This document shows, in pieces, positions 25,651 through 33,998 of a stretch of 55,971 nucleotides of DNA. How positions within the stretch are numbered: position 1 is the stretch's first letter; every line of letters starts with the position of its first letter. A program made the translations under genes and the position numbers. The stretch spans positions 1 to 55,971 of the forward strand of contig SVTI01000002.1 in the NCBI GenBank assembly GCA_015063855.1, given 5' to 3'. The notes below the pieces were generated by a model, which was given only the letters and a program-made list of their open reading frames with translations, ran no database searches and was not told the origin of the DNA. Source of the stretch: Oscillospiraceae bacterium. Lineage in GTDB: Bacteria > Bacillota > Clostridia > Oscillospirales > CAG-272.

Positions 25651-26160
25651 TTAATCGTTTATGATACTCCTGACGGCATTTTCGACCTTTGCTAATCTTA
25701 GCCGCAGTGTGGAATAGGGGATATGTTTTATATCCGCTATTTCCTTTAGTGTTTTTTCTTCTATATATCTAAGGACAAAAAGCTCTTTTAGATCTTTCGT
25801 AAGCATATCGGCTATTTCATCCATTCGTTTTTCAATATTCTTTACGAAATACTCATCAACACTACTTGCCTCGGATAATTCACCTCTTTCCTTTGTTTCC
25901 TCAAGGGAAAGGGTCCGGGCGTAATAACGGTTGTGTTTTCGCAGAGAATTTTTTATGCACATATCCGCCACGCGGTACAGATAGGCTCTCAGACTCTCAC
26001 CCCGCTCAACCTTGTCCCATTTTTCGTATAGAATACGGAAAATATCGTTTTGAGTTTCTTCGGTCAATTCCTTGTTACAGCGGAGCTTGAGATAACAGTA
26101 TCTGTACAGCGGCTTTGAATACTGCATGACTATCGCTTCATATTCTTTGATGTCAAACAT
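25651..26160 (-). CDS. ECF-type sigma-70-family sigma factor, copy 3 (a different lineage from copies 1 and 2)
   Basis: Region 2 (YRYCYLKL..., DIFRILYEKW) and region 4 HTH (LKEIADIKHIPYSTLRLRLAKV). AGAGGT RBS. Confidence 0.85.
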   Translation of the reverse strand: MFDIKEYEAIVMQYSKPLYRYCYLKLRCNKELTEETQNDIFRILYEKWDKVERGESLRAYLYRVADMCIKNSLRKHNRYYARTLSLEETKERGELSEASSVDEYFVKNIEKRMDEIADMLTKDLKELFVLRYIEEKTLKEIADIKHIPYSTLRLRLAKVENAVRSIIND

Positions 26161-26230
26161 TTCTTTACCTCTGTATTATGGCCATAATAACAGTTTACCT
26201 CGAAAGAAGGAGTATGTCAATCCCCTTGCC

Positions 26231-26274
26231 TTCATAACAGTAATGTCGCGGAAAACGTAAAATAGCAGCTTTTT
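26231..26274 (-). promoter_or_regulatory. conserved 43-nt motif upstream of sigma copy 3 (see 24304-24345)
   Basis: TTCATAACAGTAATGTCGCGGAAAACGTAAAATAGCAGCTTTT on plus, about 70 nt upstream of the sigma start codon. Confidence 0.5.
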
Positions 26275-26285
26275 GATAAAAAATA

Positions 26286-26314
26286 TTGAAAGATTTTTTG
26301 AAATATGATAAAAT
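26286..26314 (+). promoter_or_regulatory. sigma-70-type promoter candidate for the SLH gene pair
   Basis: TTGAAA, a 17-nt spacer, then TGaTAAAAT. Confidence 0.5.
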
Positions 26315-26343
26315 TAATCTATAAAAGCTGTTTGGAGGCAAAA

Positions 26344-28467
26344 ATGAAAAGATTTATTAGTGTTATGATATCTATTGTCATGCTTGTTTCGATGATACCC
26401 TTCTCGGTATCTGCCGAGACGGTACTTTCCTATACCGACATAGGTGACGGCAGAGCCAGACTGGATTCGGTAGAGATAGTTGAGGGCGTGGCTAAGTGTG
26501 ATGTGAAGCTTGAGGGACTCACGGTGGTTGAGCTTGGTGAAGAGATATGTGCCTATACCTCTGTCAAGAGTGTTGAGCTTCCCGATACCCTTGAGCGAAT
26601 AGGTTATTCTGCCTTTATAGGCTGTGATTCTCTCGAATCTGTAGAGATCCCCTTGACGGTGAAATTTATCGAGACCTTTGCCTTTACCGAGTGCTACTCT
26701 CTTAAGAGTATAGTCATCCCCGAGACGGTAGAATATCTCGGAGAGTGGGCATTTGATTTCGAAGACATTGAGGTTAAGGTGTACAAGGACAGCTATGCAG
26801 AAAAATACTGTATAGAAAATAACTATCCCTATATCCTTGCAGACGAGGGCTGCTCTCATAAGAATACCGAGAACGTAACTGCAGAATACGCAACCTGTAC
26901 ATATAGCGGCGAGGCTGCCGAGAGATGTACCGATTGCGGTAAGCTGACAGAGAGAACCGAGCTTTCGCCTCTCGGTCATGATCTTGCGGCATGGAGCGTG
27001 GACAAAGACGGCAGATGCCGTGAATGTAAGCGCTGCGGTAACGTTTTTACCGATTTTGAAAGAAGCTATGGTGAGATGCCCTTTACTGATATCAAGGCAG
27101 GAAGCTGGTACTATGATTCTGTAGGCTTTTGCTATGCAAATTCTCTTGTAAACGGAACAACAGCCACTACCTTCGATCCCGATACCAACACCACCAGAGC
27201 AATGGTGGTACAGATCCTTTCAAAGTATGCGGGTGCAGACCTTACAAGCTATAAGGAAAGCGGATTCAAGGACGTTAAGATTTCCTCATGGTACGGTCCC
27301 GCAGTAGCATGGGCGAAGGAAAGCGGAGTTGTAAACGGTAATGACAAGGGTGAATTCATGCCTGATGTTAACGTAAACCGTGAACAGCTTACCGTTATTA
27401 TGAAGAATTTTGCCGATTACATGGGTTATGGCTATCCCGAAAGTGATGTTGACATTACAAAGGCATTTTCTGACGGAAATAAGACCGCATCCTGGGCAAA
27501 AACAGCTATGGAATGGGCAGTTTCTCTTGAGATCGTCAACGGTGTTGGCGGCGGCAAGCTCAACCCCAAGGGTCTTGCGGGAAGGAATCAGATAGTTAAG
27601 ATAATCAAGTATTTTGCCGATATCTTTGAGCTGGAGACAGTTTACGGCTACGACAGAGTGGTTGTATTTATGATAGACGGAGCGGGCGATTTCTTTAAGG
27701 ATGCCAACACCTCCAATATAGACAGGATATTCGATCTCGGCGTTACCTCCAAGGCAAAGGAGCCCGTTAACTGTATGAGCGAGAGAGCCTCTATACTTAC
27801 GGGTACCGATCCTTCGGTTCACTCTCTCTATCACAGAGAGGATGCGGCAAGGGATGTTTATAATGAGCGTAATGCCGTCAAGACCTTCCTCGGTGAGGTC
27901 AAAGAAGCATATCCCGACAAGGAGGTTGCCTGCTTTGCATCGAGCCTCGAGATATCTCAGCTTGTCGAGGAGGAGGGCGGTGTTTATGCGCCTGTTGATG
28001 AAAGCTATGTGGACGACGGTATAACCGAAATGCTTGTAAAGGATGGGGGTTATCTTGACACCAATGATCCATCCTTACTGCTTGTTGAGATGCGTCAGGT
28101 GCTTCAGGGCGGTGTTCACTTCGAAGGCGGTTTTGGAAGCCGCGACTACATGATGCAGCTTTCTCTTACCGACGGTTACATTGGCAGAATATATAATAAG
28201 TATGAAGAATTGGGCAGAAACGAGAATACTCTCTATATCCTCACCACCGATCACGGCGGAGTTGTCGGCGGTACCTCCTACGCGGGTTCAAGCGAGGATG
28301 AGATAAATTCCTTCTTTGCCATAGGCGGTAAGGGCGTAAATAAGAACGCAGATCTTACAGGCTTCTGCAATACCGATGTTTACGGAATAATTCTTGACGT
28401 TTTCGGCATTGACAGACCTTACACTTCGGTATCTGAAAAATACAATGATCTTTTTATCGGTGAATAA
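26344..28467 (+). CDS. secreted multidomain protein: BspA-type leucine-rich repeats, Cys-rich linker, 3 SLH repeats and an alkaline-phosphatase-superfamily (sulfatase/phosphodiesterase-like) domain
   Basis: Start at ATG 26344 (MKRFISVMISIVMLVSMIPFSVSA). LRR_5-like repeats (IGYSAFIGCDSLESVEIP...). SLH motifs (FTDIKAGSWYYDS, FKDVKISSWYGPAV, FSDGNKTASWAKTA). C-terminal FMIDGAGD, CMSERASILTG and TTDHGG. Confidence 0.75.
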   Translation: MKRFISVMISIVMLVSMIPFSVSAETVLSYTDIGDGRARLDSVEIVEGVAKCDVKLEGLTVVELGEEICAYTSVKSVELPDTLERIGYSAFIGCDSLESVEIPLTVKFIETFAFTECYSLKSIVIPETVEYLGEWAFDFEDIEVKVYKDSYAEKYCIENNYPYILADEGCSHKNTENVTAEYATCTYSGEAAERCTDCGKLTERTELSPLGHDLAAWSVDKDGRCRECKRCGNVFTDFERSYGEMPFTDIKAGSWYYDSVGFCYANSLVNGTTATTFDPDTNTTRAMVVQILSKYAGADLTSYKESGFKDVKISSWYGPAVAWAKESGVVNGNDKGEFMPDVNVNREQLTVIMKNFADYMGYGYPESDVDITKAFSDGNKTASWAKTAMEWAVSLEIVNGVGGGKLNPKGLAGRNQIVKIIKYFADIFELETVYGYDRVVVFMIDGAGDFFKDANTSNIDRIFDLGVTSKAKEPVNCMSERASILTGTDPSVHSLYHREDAARDVYNERNAVKTFLGEVKEAYPDKEVACFASSLEISQLVEEEGGVYAPVDESYVDDGITEMLVKDGGYLDTNDPSLLLVEMRQVLQGGVHFEGGFGSRDYMMQLSLTDGYIGRIYNKYEELGRNENTLYILTTDHGGVVGGTSYAGSSEDEINSFFAIGGKGVNKNADLTGFCNTDVYGIILDVFGIDRPYTSVSEKYNDLFIGE

Positions 28468-28469
28468 TA

Positions 28470-31094
28470 ATGAAAAGAGTTTTATCAATACTTTTATGTA
28501 CATTAATGCTTTTACCCTTATCGGTAAATGCGCTTAATATAGGTGAAATACAAAGTCAGACGGCTTATTCAGAACTTGAGCTCTATGAGGGTGTGACCCA
28601 TACCCATATCGCTACAGACTCAACGTCCCGCTATAAGACTCAGAATTTTAATGTTATCGAGTTTGACCCCTCAAACGAAAATCTTTATATCGACGTTACC
28701 GGCGGCGGGGACTATGCCAATAAGCTTTCGAGAACCAGCGATACCGTGGCTAAGTTTGCCAAAGCCAATCCCGACAAGGAGCCTATAGCGGCTATCAACG
28801 GTGACCTCTGGATGGTGGCTTATGCCCACGCGAGAATAGAGGGTAAGGGTACAAATTATAACGGATATACAGATGCGGTGGTTAAGAAGGAGCAGACCTT
28901 ACCTCGCGGTTTCAATATGTATAACGGAGAAATAATAACCTCTGATTATATGCTTCAGGAGACACCCTACGAGGGACAGTTCTGGGCATTCGGTACTACA
29001 GCCGATAATCAGGTGGCTATAGGCTGTCCCAAGCTTGATATCACTCTCGATTCGGTGAAGGCGGACGGACTTAACCGTCTTCCCGCAAACAACGCACTTG
29101 TTGTTTATACCGACAAGGGCTGTCTTAATACCTACGCTCTTGACGATGCGGTGGAGCTTCTTGTAAAAACCGACGGTTACACCGTTAAGCACGGAACCGA
29201 GATTAAGGGTGAGATAATAGGTATCTATGATGAATTTTCCGATTCAGACCCCAAAATGGCAGAGGATCATATCATTCTTTGTGCAAGGGGTACTGCCGTG
29301 GAAAAGGTGAACGGCTATAAGGTAGGTGATACTATATCCCTTAGCTTTGAGGTATACGAGAAATTCGGTCGTGACACGGAGCTTTGGCAAAATATGACCA
29401 ATTGTGTGGGAGGACATACGCCCTTCGTTATCGACGGTGTCAAGAACGAAAGCGGTACCACCACGGGCTATCCTACTACTATTGTCGGTATTAAGAATGA
29501 CGGTAACGTGGTTTTCCTTGTAAATGACGGAAGACAGAGCGGCTTTAGTAACGGTCTTAATTTCAACAGATATTGGGATATAGCGGACGAGCTTGACCTT
29601 AACACCGCCTTTATCCTTGACGGTGGCGGCTCATCCACCATGGTGCTGGCAGATGAGGGTGAATATAAGGTGGTTAACAGCCCCTGCGATACCGGTAATG
29701 CCGAGAGAACTGTTGTAAACTCTGTGATCCTTTCCTCAGGCAAGGCTCATAAGACTGCGAAGAATACACCCGAGATCCCTTCGGAGTATATAGAGTTCGG
29801 TGCAGTACATTATGCGGCAAGCGATGTGAGATGCCTTATTCCCGATGCATCTCAGCTTAATGTCAAAACTACTAAAGAGGGAATAGATTTTACGGTTGAG
29901 GAGCTTTACAGCGATCCCGCCGTTACCTTGAGCTTCGGACTTCCCAACACAAGACTTGATAACCCCGATTCAAGTGTTTCGCATGATTATCCTTACGTGG
30001 ATCTTTCCGAATATAAATATGCTATTATCGACATGAAACTCGATCACAAGGATACAAGTCCGTATATGTTCCAGGCGGTATATGCTACCACGGGTACACA
30101 GACGGGTATAGACGGCAATGCCTTTGTAGGATTCATCAATGCGATAAATGACGGACAGTATCATACATATATTATAGATCTTTCCGCCTTTTCGGGTAAG
30201 CTTAACACCCTTCGTCTTTGCTTTATGTCTGTCAACGGAACAAAGGTCAATGAAGGGGATGTGATATCTGTCCACTCGATCAGACTTGCAAGCAGTGCAA
30301 GCGAGGCAAACACCTTGGCTCAAAGGGGTCATTACAAGACCTATACCATCGATTTCTACGATCAGAACAACAACCATATCGGCTCAAAGCAGGTGGTTGG
30401 CGGCAGAAAATATATGGATTTCCCAAAGGTTGACACCGAGGGATATATAGTTGACGGTTGGTGCTTCGACGACGGTGAGGCGGTTTGTGAGAGCGACGTT
30501 GTAAATCTTTACGAGGATACAGCGATATATCTAAAGGCTAAAACTCCCTTTACTGATGTACCCACGGGAAAATGGTTTACCGATCCTGTCGTTAAAGCGG
30601 CAGGTAAGGGATTTTTTAAGGGTAATGATAAGGGCATGTTCCTTCCCAATGATGCCCTTACCCGTGAGCAGTTCGTTGTGGTGCTTGCAAGAATGGCAGG
30701 GGCAGACCTTTCGGGGTATGAGGGGATATCTCCCTTCAGCGACGTTAAGGCGGGTCAGTGGTATTCTTCTGCCATAGCATGGGCAAGCGCAGAGGGATAC
30801 GTTAAGGGTATCGGTAACGGCAGGTTCGGTCTCGGTGTCAAAATAAGCCGTGAACAGCTGGCACAGCTCTTCTTCAACTATGCAGAGGGTAATGGTATAG
30901 ATACCGATATGAGGATCCAGCTCGGTGTATTCAATGATGCAAATGCGGTATCGGGCTGGGCAAGGGAAGCAGTTTCCTGGGCGGTGGCCTTCGGACTTAT
31001 AAACGGTACGTCCGATACAACTGTATCCCCCCTTATGATCGCTACAAGGAGTCAGGCCGCCAAGATCTGCGTAAGCTTTGACGTATATCTTTGA
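28470..31094 (+). CDS. secreted phosphodiester glycosidase (NAGPA/DUF2233-like) with 3 C-terminal SLH repeats
   Basis: AAINGDLW and ILDGGGSSTMV motifs of the phosphodiester glycosidase family. C-terminal FTDVPTGKWFTDPV, FSDVKAGQWYSSAIAWA and FNDANAVSGWAREAVSWA. Confidence 0.75.
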   Translation: MKRVLSILLCTLMLLPLSVNALNIGEIQSQTAYSELELYEGVTHTHIATDSTSRYKTQNFNVIEFDPSNENLYIDVTGGGDYANKLSRTSDTVAKFAKANPDKEPIAAINGDLWMVAYAHARIEGKGTNYNGYTDAVVKKEQTLPRGFNMYNGEIITSDYMLQETPYEGQFWAFGTTADNQVAIGCPKLDITLDSVKADGLNRLPANNALVVYTDKGCLNTYALDDAVELLVKTDGYTVKHGTEIKGEIIGIYDEFSDSDPKMAEDHIILCARGTAVEKVNGYKVGDTISLSFEVYEKFGRDTELWQNMTNCVGGHTPFVIDGVKNESGTTTGYPTTIVGIKNDGNVVFLVNDGRQSGFSNGLNFNRYWDIADELDLNTAFILDGGGSSTMVLADEGEYKVVNSPCDTGNAERTVVNSVILSSGKAHKTAKNTPEIPSEYIEFGAVHYAASDVRCLIPDASQLNVKTTKEGIDFTVEELYSDPAVTLSFGLPNTRLDNPDSSVSHDYPYVDLSEYKYAIIDMKLDHKDTSPYMFQAVYATTGTQTGIDGNAFVGFINAINDGQYHTYIIDLSAFSGKLNTLRLCFMSVNGTKVNEGDVISVHSIRLASSASEANTLAQRGHYKTYTIDFYDQNNNHIGSKQVVGGRKYMDFPKVDTEGYIVDGWCFDDGEAVCESDVVNLYEDTAIYLKAKTPFTDVPTGKWFTDPVVKAAGKGFFKGNDKGMFLPNDALTREQFVVVLARMAGADLSGYEGISPFSDVKAGQWYSSAIAWASAEGYVKGIGNGRFGLGVKISREQLAQLFFNYAEGNGIDTDMRIQLGVFNDANAVSGWAREAVSWAVAFGLINGTSDTTVSPLMIATRSQAAKICVSFDVYL

Positions 31095-31100
31095 AAAGGG

Positions 31101-31129
31101 TTGATTTATTGAACAAAATCTGCTATAAT
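31101..31129 (+). promoter_or_regulatory. sigma-70-type promoter candidate for the SLH-kinase gene
   Basis: TTGATT, a 17-nt spacer, then TATAAT. Confidence 0.5.
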
Positions 31130-31168
31130 AGATCATTATAGTTAAAAATATCAGTATCAGAGGTTTTT

Positions 31169-33172
31169 ATGGGAATTGAAAGAATAAGCGAATTCTGGCC
31201 TGAATGGAAGATAGAAGGCTGTGTAGGAGAGGGTACCTACGGTAAGGTGTATAAGGTCTTTAAGGATGATCCCAATATGAAGTCTTATTCTGCCGTAAAG
31301 GTTATATCCTTGCCCGATTCTGCGGCAGAGCTTGAGTCCCTTCGTGCCAAGGGCATGGACTCGGATGCCATCAAAGCTTATTATGAAAGAATAATACATA
31401 AGTACATAAATGATCTTAAGGTGTTGGAGAGCTTGAAGGGCCATGCAAATATCCTTTCTGTCGAAGGCTGTAATGTGATAGAAAAAAATGACAGCGCAGG
31501 ATGGGAGATATTCGTACGCACCGAGCTTCTTGAACCCTTTAAGGATTATACACAGCGTCATCCTCTTGATGAAAAGGAAATGATCCGTATGGCTATCGAT
31601 GTCAGCCGTGCTCTTGAGGAATTTCATAATAACGGACTTATTCACCGTGATATCAAGCCTGCGAATATTTTTGTTACGGCAAACGGAGATTTTAAGCTTG
31701 GTGATCCGGGCATGGAAAAGGAGATCGATAAATCTCTCGACGGTCCGTGTTACTATTTGGCTCCCGAGCTTGTACACGGCAAGGACTATGATTCTACCGT
31801 TGATATTTATTCTCTCGGTCTTGTTATGTACAGCATGCTTAATGCCAACCGTCCTCCCTTTGTCAGAGAGGCTGTTCCTTCTCTTAACGAAAGAAGAACG
31901 GCGGAAAGCAGACGTCTCGGAGGCGAGGAGCTGATCCCTCCCACAGAGGCTACTCCCGAGCTTGCGAAAATAGTTCTCTGTGCCTGCAGCTTTGATGCGA
32001 AGCACAGATTTAAGAATCCCACCGAATTTAAAAATGCACTTGAAAACTTTTTGAATCCACCGCCTAAGGTAGCGGCCGTGCCTAAGCCCGAGCCTACCGT
32101 TCCTCCTAAGAATATCGTTCCGATAAGCGATGCGGAGGCGGAGAAGATCATCAAAAAATTCAAAAGAAAGAAAAAATCGGGTAAGGGTCCCTTGATACTC
32201 TTGATTATACTTCTTATAGCGGTTCTGGGTGCTGCTTCGGTATTTACCGTTCTGGCACTTCTCGATAATAAGGATGATAAATCAAAGGTCGAGGAGAAGG
32301 AGCCTGTAGACGAGATAATCGATATCACAGAGGCGGAAGAGACAGAGCCTTCTGTCATCATTCCTAAGGATTCAGAGACTCAAGACGACGAGGAGAAGGA
32401 TAACGAGGCATTTGTCATACCCTGCAGCGACGGTACCTCTGCTCACATACCTCAAGAGGAGTGGGTAGTTATGAACGAGCCTACCTATCTTGAAGAGGGA
32501 CGTAGAGTTAAGCTGTGCAGTCAGTGTGACAAGATAGCTGTAGACGAGCCTATTCCCGTTCTTGAATATGAGGGATTCTCGGATGTTCCAAAGGATGCAT
32601 GGTATGCAACCGCTGTTGAGCATTGCGTGGTTCAGGGTTATTTTTCGGGCTATAGTGACGGAAGCTTTAAGCCTGACGATGTTCTCACAAGAGAGGCATT
32701 TGCCACTATTCTGGCAAGAGCCTCAGGTGCAGAGCTAGATTCCTATACCGATGTTATTTTTGAAGATGTTAAATCGGGCGATTGGTTTATGAGCTCGGTG
32801 CTCTGGGCGGCTGATATGGGTTATATGACAGGAGTCGGAGACGGTACAAGCTTCGGAGTCGGTAAGGCGGTAAATCGTCAGGAGATAGCCGTGATCTTCC
32901 ACAGATACGCTGTTTCTGTTGGTGTTACCGTTGAGAAGGATATAAACCTTGAGGATTATTCGGATCACGAGAGTATAGCTGATTGGGCTAAGGATTCGGT
33001 AAGTTGGGCGATATCCTACGGACTTCTCGGTTCTACGTCCACAGATATACCTACCTTCTCTCCCGAAAAAACGGTAACGAGAGCTCAGGCGGCACAGATA
33101 TTCAAGAATTTCAATAATTTTACCGTAACAAATAAAACGGAAGAAATTACAGAAGAAAATACAGAAGAATAA
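31169..33172 (+). CDS. Hanks-type Ser/Thr kinase, single-pass, with a Cys-rich linker and triple-SLH extracellular domain
   Basis: N-terminus MGIERISEFWPEWKIEG is paralogous to the 296 kinase. GEGTYGKVYKV, AVKV and HRDIKPANIF are present. GDPG replaces GDFG. TM helix GPLILLIILLIAVLGAASVFTVLALL. Three SLH repeats (FSDVPKDAWYATAV, FEDVKSGDWFMSSV, YSDHESIADWAKDSV). Confidence 0.85.
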   Translation: MGIERISEFWPEWKIEGCVGEGTYGKVYKVFKDDPNMKSYSAVKVISLPDSAAELESLRAKGMDSDAIKAYYERIIHKYINDLKVLESLKGHANILSVEGCNVIEKNDSAGWEIFVRTELLEPFKDYTQRHPLDEKEMIRMAIDVSRALEEFHNNGLIHRDIKPANIFVTANGDFKLGDPGMEKEIDKSLDGPCYYLAPELVHGKDYDSTVDIYSLGLVMYSMLNANRPPFVREAVPSLNERRTAESRRLGGEELIPPTEATPELAKIVLCACSFDAKHRFKNPTEFKNALENFLNPPPKVAAVPKPEPTVPPKNIVPISDAEAEKIIKKFKRKKKSGKGPLILLIILLIAVLGAASVFTVLALLDNKDDKSKVEEKEPVDEIIDITEAEETEPSVIIPKDSETQDDEEKDNEAFVIPCSDGTSAHIPQEEWVVMNEPTYLEEGRRVKLCSQCDKIAVDEPIPVLEYEGFSDVPKDAWYATAVEHCVVQGYFSGYSDGSFKPDDVLTREAFATILARASGAELDSYTDVIFEDVKSGDWFMSSVLWAADMGYMTGVGDGTSFGVGKAVNRQEIAVIFHRYAVSVGVTVEKDINLEDYSDHESIADWAKDSVSWAISYGLLGSTSTDIPTFSPEKTVTRAQAAQIFKNFNNFTVTNKTEEITEENTEE

Positions 33173-33204
33173 AATGAGGTTGTCCAAGCGGACAACCTCA
33201 TTTT
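33172..33204. terminator. bidirectional terminator overlapping both stop codons
   Basis: AAATGAGGTTGTCC / GGACAACCTCATTT 14-bp stem with a 4-nt loop. Confidence 0.75.
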
Positions 33205-33925
33205 ATAATTCGAACATTTCTATCAAAGCATCTGCGGTGCTTTCAGCATGATGGGTAACAAATTCATTGAATCTCTCGGGTACGTTGCCTATAGCAACTG
33301 ACGTTCCTGCATATCTGAGCATTTTTTCATCGTTTTCGCTGTCGCCGAAGGCTATCATATCGCAGGGGTCGATGCCGTATTTCTCACCGATAAGCTTCAT
33401 TCCCGTAGCCTTGGAGAAGCCCTTGGGATTACCCTCAAAATAGCGCGGCATTATGACCGTGGTTACCTCGGGAAAGAGCTTTTTTGCCTCTTCTTCATCT
33501 ATATGAGTAAGGACCGTTACACAGGTAACATCATGGGTATCGTCTATATTTTCGTCGGTCAGAAGAACCTCGGTGACAGGATAGGGAACAGAGGTGTAAA
33601 TGGTATATACACCCTCGAATATACCTACGGCATTTCTTTCTTTACAGAAATTATAAAGCTTTCTTACCGTTTCTGTCGGTAACGATTCATTGCACACCGT
33701 ATCACCGTCAAATCTGACATACCCCGTTCCTGCAATAATTCCGTCCCATTCTATTGCATTGAGTATCTTTTTTGAAATATGTGAAAGACCTCTGCCCGTA
33801 TTGATTATTACCTTATGTCCCATAGCCTGAAGCTTTTTTAAGCATTCAAGCTCCCTTGGGGCAACTGTATCTCCGTCAAAGGAAACGGTTCCGTCGAGAT
33901 CAAAAAACAAGTATTTGGTATTCAT
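33203..33925 (-). CDS. Cof-type HAD-superfamily phosphatase
   Basis: FFDLDGT motif I and GDSENDEKM motif IV. Start moved to ATG 33925, which has a GGAGG RBS. Confidence 0.85.
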   Translation of the reverse strand: MNTKYLFFDLDGTVSFDGDTVAPRELECLKKLQAMGHKVIINTGRGLSHISKKILNAIEWDGIIAGTGYVRFDGDTVCNESLPTETVRKLYNFCKERNAVGIFEGVYTIYTSVPYPVTEVLLTDENIDDTHDVTCVTVLTHIDEEEAKKLFPEVTTVIMPRYFEGNPKGFSKATGMKLIGEKYGIDPCDMIAFGDSENDEKMLRYAGTSVAIGNVPERFNEFVTHHAESTADALIEMFEL

Positions 33926-33998
33926 GATTCCTCCGTTTGACAATGAATGAAGTATATGATATAATATAACATTATAACAGATTTTCCGAGGAATGTAA

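Noticed and set aside
26206-26236. AAGGAG plus ATG mini-ORF (7 codons) on the plus strand in the sigma copy 3 upstream region
   Set aside because: It is too short, is not conserved at the paralogous motif site, and is probably fortuitous.
31157-32005. Long antisense ORFs opposite well-supported genes. Examples are 31157-32005, 35337-36185, 38111-38905, 42978-43739, 44605-45363, 45667-46506, 51604-52347, 53201-53869 and 26314-26979.
   Set aside because: Each lies fully inside a gene with unambiguous motifs on the other strand. None has an RBS or recognisable domains.
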